NCBI GenBank assembly: GCA_963701075.1
Contig: OY969559.1
Span: 1,120,001-1,184,000, forward strand
DNA from: an uncultured Nitrososphaerota archaeon
GTDB lineage: Archaea > Thermoproteota > Nitrososphaeria > Nitrososphaerales > Nitrosopumilaceae
Reading direction: 5' to 3'
DNA: 64,000 nt
Within the stretch, counting starts at the first letter, position 1; each line of letters opens with the position of its first letter. Both the position numbers and the translations under genes were made by a program. Under the pieces are notes generated by a model, which was not told the origin of the DNA, ran no database searches, and saw nothing but the letters and a program-made list of their open reading frames with translations. Of the stretch, positions 19,127 to 28,990 are shown piece by piece.

Positions 19127-19999
19127 TTATTTTTCATTATGACTCCAATTATATTCCGTAAGATTTTCCGAATCAAGACTCTTTATGACATCCCAAGGCG
19201 TCAGGACTCCTTCTTCATGTAGAAGATATGGAGATTGCATTTCGTATAGTATCTTGCTTGCTTCTTCAAGTAAAATCTTACCAGAAACCTCTTTTGCCTT
19301 GTCTAATCTGAATTCACTACATTTCATTTCAAGAAAATTATCTACATCATGTAAGCAATTCAGATCTTGTGATATTTTTTGAATAATTATTCTGTCGCTT
19401 ATGAACTGCGAAGTTCCTTCTAAGATCAGCTTGCGGGTTCTGTTTTCGAACATTGCTGAGATGACTTCTTTTACTGTTTGATCTTTTCTAAAAGTAAAGA
19501 TTTTCTTCTTTGAGATATCTTTTATCTCCATTTTTGTCTTGCATAGCATTCCTATCTCAAGCAACTTTCTTGCAGATATTGCAGAGTAACTGCGATACTG
19601 ATTTGGCATTATGGCAAATGCTCTGTTTGTCTTCATCCATTGCTTTAGAAGTTCGCCTAATGTTGCATCCTTATCCACTATGACCAGATTTTTGTGCATG
19701 ATCTCTTTGATTCTGGTCTTTTCAAAAAAGCCAGCATTTGGACTACGCAATACTCCTTCTAGGATGCCAGCTCCTCCCACCAGTCCTACTGGCTTGTTGT
19801 CTTGTACAACTATCAACGAGTCTGTAAAAGTCTCCAAGTTGTGAGAAAGGAGGTTAGTTGCTTCTGCTACTGGATCGTTCGTTCTTACACTGACCACTGG
19901 CGAAGACAGGAGAGAATCTGGCAATAGATCGAGCATAACATGCTGTGAAATTGGTGTCTTTTCCGGGTTTGAATGAGAGTGATTAGTAGGTCTTTTCAC
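19127..19999 (-). CDS. Divergent CBS-domain protein
   Basis: KPVGLVG, KEIMHKNLVIV, GVLTPWDV; palindrome 20041-20058 is 42 bp upstream. Confidence 0.72.
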   Translation of the reverse strand: MKRPTNHSHSNPEKTPISQHVMLDLLPDSLLSSPVVSVRTNDPVAEATNLLSHNLETFTDSLIVVQDNKPVGLVGGAGILEGVLRSPNAGFFEKTRIKEIMHKNLVIVDKDATLGELLKQWMKTNRAFAIMPNQYRSYSAISARKLLEIGMLCKTKMEIKDISKKKIFTFRKDQTVKEVISAMFENRTRKLILEGTSQFISDRIIIQKISQDLNCLHDVDNFLEMKCSEFRLDKAKEVSGKILLEEASKILYEMQSPYLLHEEGVLTPWDVIKSLDSENLTEYNWSHNEK

Positions 20000-20069
20000 T
20001 AACTAATCTTTTGAAAAGTGGTATATTTAGACACAAGATAATTATCAGGAGTGATTTTTGTCATGTACG

Positions 20070-21101
20070 CTATGGTATTAGAATGGCTCTTCCCTGGATC
20101 TTTCCAGCTTCCAAGTTTTCAATGGCTTTGCCTACATCATCTAGTTTGAATGGATTGACAACAGTCTTGAGCTTGTTTGCACGAGCCAGGCTAATTACTT
20201 CAGTGAGTTCATTGTAATTTCCCCAAAGAGAGCCGATTACGCTGTACTCGTTTATGACTGACTCTACTATAGGTATGTTAAATGAGTTGCCCATTAATCC
20301 AACTAGAACTAGCGCTCCCCTCTTTTTCAGGCATGCTATGCCAAGATCCAGTGTATCTTTTGATGCCACTATATCTAAAACAACATCCACGCCGTGATTT
20401 CCAGTTATCTTGTTAAGAGATGATATGACGTCCTCGTTTTGGGAATTGATGACATAGTCTGAACCCATCTCTCTTGCAAGTTTAGTCTTGGCCTCACTTC
20501 GTTCCACGGTAATTACATTTGTTGGAGATAATAGTTTTAGATATTGTATAGCATAACTGCCAAGACCCCCAGCTCCGAACAATAGTGTAAAGCTATTGGG
20601 ATTTAGCATGTGACGAACCCTCTTTACTGCCCTGTATGGTGTGAGTCCTGCATCAGTCAAGGGGGCAACATATTTTGGATCCAAGCCAGGTGCCTTTACA
20701 AGAAAACGATATGATGGAATGTACATGTATTCTGCGTATCCTCCGTCGGATTGTGAGAGTCCTGGCCATGTAGGCAAGTTACAAAGTTGCTCGTCGCCTC
20801 CTTTGCAAAATTGACAGACTCCGCATCCCCAACCGCCAAATACTGCTACTACATCCCCTTTTGCAAGTCCACGCACAGACTCGCCAACTTCCTCGACATA
20901 GCCAGCCGTCTCATGGCCTATTGTCACAGGAAGCTTTACTGGAATTGTTTTCTGCCACTCTCCATGAATGAAATGAATATCGCTATGACATATTCCAGCC
21001 GCCCCTACCCGTATCACAACACTCTCTCCTTTTGGTTTTGGAAGATCTACTTCGTCTAGTTGTAATGGTTCTCCATAATTGTGTAGTCTTGCGGCCTTCA
21101 A
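20070..21101 (-). CDS. Zn-dependent NAD(P) alcohol dehydrogenase (MDR family)
   Basis: GICHSD, GHETAG, CGVCQFC...C, GAGGLG. Confidence 0.93.
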   Translation of the reverse strand: MKAARLHNYGEPLQLDEVDLPKPKGESVVIRVGAAGICHSDIHFIHGEWQKTIPVKLPVTIGHETAGYVEEVGESVRGLAKGDVVAVFGGWGCGVCQFCKGGDEQLCNLPTWPGLSQSDGGYAEYMYIPSYRFLVKAPGLDPKYVAPLTDAGLTPYRAVKRVRHMLNPNSFTLLFGAGGLGSYAIQYLKLLSPTNVITVERSEAKTKLAREMGSDYVINSQNEDVISSLNKITGNHGVDVVLDIVASKDTLDLGIACLKKRGALVLVGLMGNSFNIPIVESVINEYSVIGSLWGNYNELTEVISLARANKLKTVVNPFKLDDVGKAIENLEAGKIQGRAILIP

Positions 21102-21206
21102 AGTATATCTACAAATATGATCAATCCTGCTGTATTAAATTCAGAACTACATTATCATTTGTGAAAATAAGCAATCTCATCTGCCGACTTTGGCTGGCAA
21201 GATGAT

Positions 21207-21677
21207 CTAATGCACTATCATTACTGCGCAAGGTGCAAGCTCTGAAACTTTTCTGCTCACGCTGCCCAAGACCTTTAGTTTATTCAAACCGCGTAACCCT
21301 TGGCTTCCTATTACTATGAGATCAATTTTTTTTCCTCTGGCATACTTTAGGATCATCTCAACTGGTTTTCCTGAAATTATATCATAGATTGCGTCGACAC
21401 CCTGTGATTTGCATATTGCTACTTCTGCAAGAACTTCTCTTCTGGCTTGGGTCTTTGCAGCTGCCATGAATTCAGATATTGATTCTTCAAGTCTCTTGTC
21501 CTTTTTTAACAAGCCAAGCAGCATTCCTGGAGGAAAATCTTCGGGATCAACTACTATGATAACGTGGATCTTAGAACCTAGCCTTTTAGCTATTTTTATT
21601 GCATGAGCAAGGGCTTTTCTTGCAAATTTTGAACCATCCGTTGGAACCAGTATTTTTTCAAATTTTGCCTCTGACAT
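21207..21677 (-). CDS. Universal stress protein
   Basis: ILVPTDGS...IVIGSQG...LGSVSRKV; start ATG 21677; palindrome 21719-21736. Confidence 0.92.
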   Translation of the reverse strand: MSEAKFEKILVPTDGSKFARKALAHAIKIAKRLGSKIHVIIVVDPEDFPPGMLLGLLKKDKRLEESISEFMAAAKTQARREVLAEVAICKSQGVDAIYDIISGKPVEMILKYARGKKIDLIVIGSQGLRGLNKLKVLGSVSRKVSELAPCAVMIVH

Positions 21678-22165
21678 TAATGCATTTGACCTATCACGAT
21701 ACTTAAAACCCATTCTTAAATTTCAGTATTGATATTAGAAAAATACCTCTTTCTTCCACTAAGGAAAAAGGTGCCGTGACTAGCGGTATGATGTAGTTCT
21801 GATTTGTCTGTAAGAATGCCGCATTGGCGGCATTCGATTTGTCTCCTCTGAATATTGTCAGAATCACATCTTATACAAATGGGATATACTTTCTTGAGTT
21901 TTGTATTCTATGGAAATTAAAAAGTTCAGTTCTATGACTTGATACTATTTTCTAATCAGTAGAAGATTAACTGTAATAGGATTTAACCAGTATGTATGCA
22001 TTGAATGGCACTGCAAACACTTTATCACAGATGGCATTTTACATGCATAAATTTTAAGATTGTATTTTTATTCAAATTCGAAAAAACCGACTCGATCAAA
22101 TTTATCATTCTCAAAGATGATAATGGTGTTTTCGTTTTAAATAATATTTTACAGATAAGAATAAC

Positions 22166-22498
22166 ATGTCACAAAATGTAGAGACGCAGTACGATGGTTT
22201 CTTGGATCAGATTACCAGCAAACTCGGAAAGATTGATCTCAAGTTGGCAACTGATGTGATGTATTATGAGAGAAAATTTACTGATGTAGAACCCAAAGTT
22301 GAACTAGATGTACACTATAGAAACGGAACCAACATGGACAAGAAAAAATATGAACTAGAAGCAAGTTACATGGTTGCCCGAGAGGGAGAAAACGGCATTC
22401 GAGCAGTTGGTTTGGCATCGTTGGCTGACATACTTAAACTAGCAAAAGATCCTGACATTGAAAAGATTGATGGATTTGCTACCTGTGCGTCTTACTAG
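22166..22498 (+). CDS. Hypothetical protein
   Basis: 110-aa ORF; palindrome ATTCTCA-aaga-TGATAAT (22107-22124) is 42 bp upstream. Confidence 0.75.
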   Translation: MSQNVETQYDGFLDQITSKLGKIDLKLATDVMYYERKFTDVEPKVELDVHYRNGTNMDKKKYELEASYMVAREGENGIRAVGLASLADILKLAKDPDIEKIDGFATCASY

Positions 22499-22518
22499 GC
22501 GCACATCTAAAATATTTT

Positions 22519-23097
22519 TTAGTAATCATGTTCGCTAAAATCCGATCCTAGGGCACTACTAACTATGGCCGTATTTGGGGTGGTACGTGATTTAACTGCA
22601 AGGTTTGGCATGAATTGATGGAAGATTTCTTTTAAAATCATCTCTGTAAAAAGAGACCATTTGATGCCAAGATTGTGTTGTACTATAAAATGATGAACCT
22701 CACCTTCTATTCTGTGATCTGATGTCATACCGGATGCCCTCATGTAATCCTCAAAAGCCTCGATTGCACGCTTCAGATCATAACTTCCCTTCATGAACAT
22801 TACCCAGTCCTTCACCAGAGGAACCATGACATTGATTATCTTGTTCATGGACTCTCCTTCCATCTCTTCGCCTAATGTCTTCAAGACATCCCTTGGAACG
22901 GGTATCATTCCAATATTTTCTGCAAACCTATCCCAGTTGACATATTTTTCTAAAATCTGCTTTACAAGTACATTTTGAGAGATTTTTCTCTGCATTGCCT
23001 CTGTTTCTAGCTCTTCTACTACGTGTACCGGTAGCCTATAGCTTATGCTTCTGGTATCCTCATGTTTTGTAGGATGGGGCTTTCTTGTAACGCTCAT
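22519..23097 (-). CDS. Putative ribbon-helix-helix transcription regulator with C-terminal ligand-type domain
   Basis: TRSISYRLPVHVVEELETEA...ISQNVLVKQILEKY fits the RHH pattern. Confidence 0.6.
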   Translation of the reverse strand: MSVTRKPHPTKHEDTRSISYRLPVHVVEELETEAMQRKISQNVLVKQILEKYVNWDRFAENIGMIPVPRDVLKTLGEEMEGESMNKIINVMVPLVKDWVMFMKGSYDLKRAIEAFEDYMRASGMTSDHRIEGEVHHFIVQHNLGIKWSLFTEMILKEIFHQFMPNLAVKSRTTPNTAIVSSALGSDFSEHDY

Positions 23098-23208
23098 CTA
23101 GATTCTATTGAACTATTTCTAACTTATATAACTAGTGAATATCTCTCAATTAGGCACACATCTTGATGTGTTTGCTACATCTGTACCGTTCCATCCTGTA
23201 GAATCTTT

Positions 23209-23718
23209 CTATTTTTTTATGTGATCTTTGTCTATGTGATTGCATACAGATTTTGTATCTTTGAATTGCTTTGAACAGTATGGACAATACGTTTTATCAG
23301 CTATCTCTAATTCTGGGAGTAGAAGATCATGTCTCTCAAGGTTCCCGCAGACCATTTTTTGTGTAATAAGACCAATTGGGCGTTTGTCCATCACTACCAA
23401 CCTACGTATATCGTGTTTTCTCATAATCTCTAATGCTTCTCTGACTAGAGATGTTTTTTGTATCGTTATCAAAGGACTCTTTGTGATCTGCTTCAATGTA
23501 GTTTTTGTTGGATCTAATCCTTTTGCTACTACATCATACAGGATATCTTTCTCAGTTACAATGCCTGTTATCTTGCTATTCTCAAATACCAGGATGCTAT
23601 CTATCTTAGACTCTGCCATGGCTTGGGCTGCATCTTGTATGGTAAGGTTACTCTCAACAGTAGTCATTTTGGGATTGGTGAATTTGGAAACTGGCTCGTT
23701 GAGAAGATCTAATGCCAT
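23209..23718 (-). CDS. CBS pair fused to a C-terminal C2H2 zinc finger
   Basis: GIVTEKD...; CPYCSKQFKDTKSVCNHIDKDH. Confidence 0.85.
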   Translation of the reverse strand: MALDLLNEPVSKFTNPKMTTVESNLTIQDAAQAMAESKIDSILVFENSKITGIVTEKDILYDVVAKGLDPTKTTLKQITKSPLITIQKTSLVREALEIMRKHDIRRLVVMDKRPIGLITQKMVCGNLERHDLLLPELEIADKTYCPYCSKQFKDTKSVCNHIDKDHIKK

Positions 23719-23892
23719 GTGATATGATGCTCCTGTATCTTGATTTAATTTTGGAGGTATTTATATGATTGATGACGAGAAACCTCTTTCTGTATGGGCT
23801 ACACGTTCAAGAATTGGACTTGTGTATGATTTGTATGCATTGCCGTGCAATGCGGTCCTACTGGTTATATCAAATATTATTGAATACGACAT

Positions 23893-24231
23893 ATGCAAGT
23901 ATTGCTACAAGGAAAACAGGTACAGGAAGAGACAACAAAAGATGTCTTGCTTGAGATCTTGGCAGACAAGTACTCTAGAACCATACTAGAATCCACAATA
24001 GATATGCCAAAATCAGCCATTGATATCACCCATGAGTGTGGCATACCAATCAGCACCGCTTATCGCAGAGTGCAAATGTTACACAGACACAAACTGCTTG
24101 GCATCTCTGGTTCAATCAGCCAAGATGGTAAAAAGTACTTTTTGTACAAATCCAAAGTCAAGTCAATCATGGCGTGTTTCAACAATGGTTCACTTGAAGT
24201 TGAGATTGTTCCTAATTCTGCATTAACTTAG
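23893..24231 (+). CDS. ArsR-like winged-helix transcription regulator
   Basis: ILADKYSRTIL...KSAIDITHECGIPISTAYRRVQML. Confidence 0.8.
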   Translation: MQVLLQGKQVQEETTKDVLLEILADKYSRTILESTIDMPKSAIDITHECGIPISTAYRRVQMLHRHKLLGISGSISQDGKKYFLYKSKVKSIMACFNNGSLEVEIVPNSALT

Positions 24232-24319
24232 AATTAGGAACTGCAAAAATTTTTCGAGATGAGAATCATGTATGAGAATAGAGCCGGCATTTTAAATGTG
24301 ATTAAAGTGGAGGTATGGT

Positions 24320-25180
24320 ATGATATCTAAGATACAGCAATTCACATCATCTGTTATAACATTACAACCCGAAGATACTATTAATGATGCATTATTTTTA
24401 ATGCAAAAAAACGATATAAAACGAATTGTTATTGTACAGAACAATTTTCCTATTGGAATAGTTACAGAGCGTGATATAGGAAGATTCTTGGAGTACGACA
24501 AGACAACAAAAGCACTTGACAAAATACCTGTTCAGAATATAATGAGTAGAAGCCTAGTTACAATATCTGCAGAAGATCATGATATTGCAATACAGTCAGC
24601 TATTAGAATGGATACATTTCAAATAAGCTCTGTTGTTGTAGTGGATAACGACGGAAATCTAGCTGGAATTATAACAAAGTCTGATTTGACAAGGATTTTT
24701 TCCAGTCTGTATAGCCGAGTCTACAAAGTTTCTGATTACATGTCAAAGAAGATAATCACCTGCCGCAAATCAGATTCGCTAACATTTGCTTTGGATATGT
24801 TAAACAAAAACAAGATCTCAAGATTGGTAGTTACTGATAACGAAGGAAAACCTATAGGTGTGATTACATATGATACGTTTCTAAGAAACAGCGGTTTTTT
24901 CAAGGCAAATAAAAGTACACGTAACTATCTTTTACCCAGTATCGATGCAAAGGAGATGAGGGTTGGAAATCTAATAAAAGATGAACTGCTTACAGTCACG
25001 ACCGAAGACGATTTGGCTATTGCTGCTAAATTAATGACAGATTTCAAGGTAAGTGGAATACCAGTCGTTGACCGTGAGGGATCTCTTGAGGGCGTCATAA
25101 GTTCTACCGATGTTGTAAATGCATACTCTGAGGTAGAGACACACTTTCGTTTGATAAAGAAAGATCCGCATTTTGATTAG
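24320..25180 (+). CDS. Four-CBS-domain protein
   Basis: GIVTERD, GIITKSD, GVITYD, GVISSTD. Confidence 0.9.
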   Translation: MISKIQQFTSSVITLQPEDTINDALFLMQKNDIKRIVIVQNNFPIGIVTERDIGRFLEYDKTTKALDKIPVQNIMSRSLVTISAEDHDIAIQSAIRMDTFQISSVVVVDNDGNLAGIITKSDLTRIFSSLYSRVYKVSDYMSKKIITCRKSDSLTFALDMLNKNKISRLVVTDNEGKPIGVITYDTFLRNSGFFKANKSTRNYLLPSIDAKEMRVGNLIKDELLTVTTEDDLAIAAKLMTDFKVSGIPVVDREGSLEGVISSTDVVNAYSEVETHFRLIKKDPHFD

Positions 25181-25263
25181 TAAAGTTATCGCAAAGAAGA
25201 TGTAATTCTTAGAACTGATAATCTGATCCCATCTTTTTAACTATGAAGTAACATAGATTTGTA

Positions 25264-25693
25264 ATGGAAACCCTAGTGAGTGATATTATGAAGAACCAAG
25301 TAATTTCGATTGATTCTTCAATGTCAGTCAAGGATGCAGCTGAAAATGATGTCCGATTCTGGAGTTGGCTGCTTGGTTGTTATCCGGGAAAATATTCCAG
25401 TAGGCATATTAACTGAAAGAGATTTTGTAACAAGAATTGTTTTTCTTGCAGAACCATCATCCATGCCAGTACGAGATGTAATGTCTTCACCTTTGATAGC
25501 AATCCGTCCAAAAGAAACAATTAGGAATTTAGCAGAGTTAATGAAAGAGAAAAAAATTCACAAGGTCCCTGTCGTAGACGGAAACAAGCTTGTAGGAATT
25601 GTGACTGCAACCGACTTGATAAGAAAATGTGTCATTGGATCTGATTTAGATATGAAACAAATTTGCAGCTCTTTTGCTCAGATGGCATTTTGA
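25264..25693 (+). CDS. CBS-domain pair protein, frameshifted by an extra G at 25342 (probable artefact)
   Basis: METLVSDIMKNQVISIDSSMSVKDAA|KMMSDSG...GILTERDF once one base is removed. Confidence 0.82.
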
Positions 25694-25730
25694 ATTGGTA
25701 ACTGCCATATCTGTAGAACACCTAATGCAG

Positions 25731-26285
25731 TCATTCTACAATCTTTAGCGTATCAGATGTTGTAATTATTCCAACAATCTTGCTTTGTTTTGAGACAAGG
25801 ACGCATTTTGAATATCGTATAAGTGAGACAAGTGTCTTGACTGGTGTGTCATAATCTACAATGGGTGGACGAGGATCCATTATCTCTGACAGTCTTATCT
25901 TCTTTCTTTGCGTCTCATCGTTGTCGATGAGATGTTTTACTATGCCATCCTCTGTTACTACGCCCACTACCTCATTTCCTTCAAAAACTGGAACCTGACT
26001 AATGGACAGGTCTTGCATTTTTTTTATTGCATCATTTAATGTATCGCCTGTCTTTAGTTTTACAATCTCTTTACTACAAATGTCACCTGCTTTCATTGAT
26101 GACTGGCTATCAAGTGACCATAAGACCTCAAATATTTTTCTTGCAGTGGCATAGCTTGGCTGACATCTTCCTGACTCTATTTGATTTATCATGGAGGTGC
26201 TAACCCCTGTAAGAGAGGCAAGCTTTTGCTGTGTTAATCCAATTTTTAGTCTGGCTTGTTTTATTGAATCAAGTCTAGGTAACAT
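25731..26285 (-). CDS. XRE-HTH + CBS transcription regulator
   Basis: IKQARLKIGLTQQKLASLTGVSTSMINQIESG followed by a CBS pair. Confidence 0.9.
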   Translation of the reverse strand: MLPRLDSIKQARLKIGLTQQKLASLTGVSTSMINQIESGRCQPSYATARKIFEVLWSLDSQSSMKAGDICSKEIVKLKTGDTLNDAIKKMQDLSISQVPVFEGNEVVGVVTEDGIVKHLIDNDETQRKKIRLSEIMDPRPPIVDYDTPVKTLVSLIRYSKCVLVSKQSKIVGIITTSDTLKIVE

Positions 26286-28964
26286 CTATCTGTCACGTAC
26301 CACTTTTTTTGAAGATTTCTTCGAGTTTTCAAGAGCTGCCTGTGCTGCTGCCAAGATTGCTATTGGAACCCTGTGTGCTGATGCACTCACGTATGTTAAT
26401 CTGGCCGTGTTGCAAAACTTGATTGAGCGAGGATCTCCGCCGTGTTCGCCGCAGACTCCTATCTCAAGATTAGGTTTTACCCCTCTGCCTCGTGATATTG
26501 CAATCTGCATGAGGTTTCCTACGCCATTGATATCTAGTGACTGGAATGGATTTTCTGACATTATGTCTTTCTCGAAATACTCTGGAAGGAATTTTCCCTC
26601 TGCATCTTCTCTACTAAAACTAAATACTGCCTGAGTAAGATCATTTGTTCCAAAACTAAAGAACTCGGCTGTTTGTGCAAGTTCATCTGCTGTAAGACAG
26701 GCCCTGACAACTTCCATCATTGTGCCAAAATTCATTCTTACCTTGACTCCAAACTTTGATTCTACATCTGATTTTATGGAATCGTATATTTTTTTGATAT
26801 ATTTTAATTCGTTTATACTTCCAACTTGAGGGACCATTATTTGTGGATGGACATCTATCTTTTCCATTTGAAGTTCTGCTGCAGCCTCGCAGATGGCTCT
26901 AATTTGCATCTCATAAATTTCAGGATAAGTGATGCCGACTCTGACTCCTCGATGGCCCATCATCGGGTTTACCTCTGCCAACTCCTTTACTCTATCCAAT
27001 ATTTTCTGAGTTGGAATGATCTGCTCTGGCGTACCTTGTCTTTCTAGAGAATGAATTTTGTTTATCAGTTCTTCAGTATTTGGCAGAAACTCGTGCAATG
27101 GTGGGTCTAAGAGCCTGATTGTTACATGGTATCCTTGCATTATTCTGAGAATTTCCTTAAAATCCTGTTTTTGTAATATGTGAAGCTTCTCCAAGACTGC
27201 TTTTCTTTCTTGTATGGTCTTTGTCATGATCATCTCTACAAAGACTCCAAGTCTGTCACGTGCATTGAACATTCTCTCTGTTCTGCACAATCCGATGCCT
27301 TTTGCACCATAAGTGCGGGCAAGTCTTGCAGCGTCAGGGGTATCAGCATTGGCTCGTATGCCAAGCGTTTTGAACTTCTCAGACCATTCTAGTATAGTTC
27401 TAAAATCATCAGTCAGTTTTGGCTCAACTGTAGGTATCTCACCTGTGTACACATTGCCAGTACTTCCGTCTACCGTTATCGTCTCACCCTCGCCAACAAC
27501 CTTGCCGTTAACAAGAAACCGCTTTGCAGAATAATCAATTTTGATATCAGAACATCCCACAATGCACGGTTTTCCCATGCCCCTTGCTACCACAGCTGCA
27601 TGAGACGTCTTCCCTCCTCTACTTGTAAGAATACCCACTGACGAAAAAAATGCTGGCACGTCTTCTGGCTTGGTTTCTTCTCTAACAAGAATAACTTTGG
27701 TTCCGCTTTCACCCACACTTGATGCTCTTTTTACATCAAAGATGACCATGCCAGACGCAGCACCAGGAGATGCCGGCATGCCTTTTGTTATGGGATTGAA
27801 TCTCTTGACTGCTTCTGTATCAATAGTTCTATGTAGAATTTGGTCTAGATCTTCAGGATGCAGACGGAGAATCGCTCTTTCTTTTGATATCATTTTTTCT
27901 TTTACCATTGAAACTGATGTTCTAATCATTCCCGCCGTATTCATTTTGGCAGAACGGGTTTGTAACAGGTAGAACTTTCCTTTCTCTACAGTAAACTCAA
28001 TATCTTGGGGCTCCTTGAAGTGTCTTTCAAGCTTGTTGCACGTGCTGAGCAATCGCTTATACGTTGAAGGCATTTCTTTTGACATGTGGTCTATTGGTTG
28101 TGGCGTCCTGATGCCAGCTACAACATCTTCTCCTTGGGCATTGACAAGATATTCTCCAAAGATCTTTTTTGAACCATCCGAAGGATCACGCGTAAAGACC
28201 ACTCCTGTTGCACTGTCGCTTCCCATATTGCCAAATACCATTGTGACAACGCTTACTGCGGTTCCACTTGCAGCATCTCTTGAAATTTTATATTTTTCTC
28301 TATACACTACTGCTCTTTCACCCATCCAGCTTTTGAAGACCGCCTCTATTGCAGACTCAAGTTGTTTGTATGGGTCATCTGGAAACTGTTTCCCTGTATG
28401 TTCTTGACAAATTGCCTTGTACTGTGACACTATTTTTTTCAATGACTCTTCATTTAACTCGTAATCCTGTTGTACATTTTGTTCCTTTTTTGTGTCATGC
28501 AAGACACTGTCAAATTTCTTGTCATCTACCCCGAAGACTACTTTTCCAAACAATTGAACAAATCTTCTATAGGAATCAAGTGCAAATCTTGGATTCTTAC
28601 TTGAATTGCCAAGTCCTAAAATTGTCTTATCGTTTAATCCTAAATTAAGAATCGTATCCATCATGCCTGGCATTGATACTGAGGCGCCTGACCTGACAGA
28701 TACTAGGAGAGGGTTTCCCTCTGAGCCAAATTTCTTACCTGTTCTTCTCTCAATTTTTTGAATATTTTTTTTTACTTCACGCATGAGATTCTTTGGCAAT
28801 TTCTTGTTGTTATTGTAGTATCTGGTACAAACCTCTGTTGTAATGGTAAACCCTGGAGGCACCACAAGCCCTAGCCTTGTCATCTCCATTAGGCCTGCAC
28901 CCTTGCCGCCAAACAATTTTTTGTTCTTACCGTCGCCTTCGTTAAAAAAATAGATCGACTTCAC
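26286..28964 (-). CDS. ppdK: Pyruvate, phosphate dikinase
   Basis: GGKGA, SVRSGA, GGKTSHAAVVAR (phospho-His), FSFGTNDLTQ, CGEHGG. Confidence 0.97.
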   Translation of the reverse strand: MKSIYFFNEGDGKNKKLFGGKGAGLMEMTRLGLVVPPGFTITTEVCTRYYNNNKKLPKNLMREVKKNIQKIERRTGKKFGSEGNPLLVSVRSGASVSMPGMMDTILNLGLNDKTILGLGNSSKNPRFALDSYRRFVQLFGKVVFGVDDKKFDSVLHDTKKEQNVQQDYELNEESLKKIVSQYKAICQEHTGKQFPDDPYKQLESAIEAVFKSWMGERAVVYREKYKISRDAASGTAVSVVTMVFGNMGSDSATGVVFTRDPSDGSKKIFGEYLVNAQGEDVVAGIRTPQPIDHMSKEMPSTYKRLLSTCNKLERHFKEPQDIEFTVEKGKFYLLQTRSAKMNTAGMIRTSVSMVKEKMISKERAILRLHPEDLDQILHRTIDTEAVKRFNPITKGMPASPGAASGMVIFDVKRASSVGESGTKVILVREETKPEDVPAFFSSVGILTSRGGKTSHAAVVARGMGKPCIVGCSDIKIDYSAKRFLVNGKVVGEGETITVDGSTGNVYTGEIPTVEPKLTDDFRTILEWSEKFKTLGIRANADTPDAARLARTYGAKGIGLCRTERMFNARDRLGVFVEMIMTKTIQERKAVLEKLHILQKQDFKEILRIMQGYHVTIRLLDPPLHEFLPNTEELINKIHSLERQGTPEQIIPTQKILDRVKELAEVNPMMGHRGVRVGITYPEIYEMQIRAICEAAAELQMEKIDVHPQIMVPQVGSINELKYIKKIYDSIKSDVESKFGVKVRMNFGTMMEVVRACLTADELAQTAEFFSFGTNDLTQAVFSFSREDAEGKFLPEYFEKDIMSENPFQSLDINGVGNLMQIAISRGRGVKPNLEIGVCGEHGGDPRSIKFCNTARLTYVSASAHRVPIAILAAAQAALENSKKSSKKVVRDR

Positions 28965-28990
28965 ATAGGAACTCTATTTATCGTGTAATA

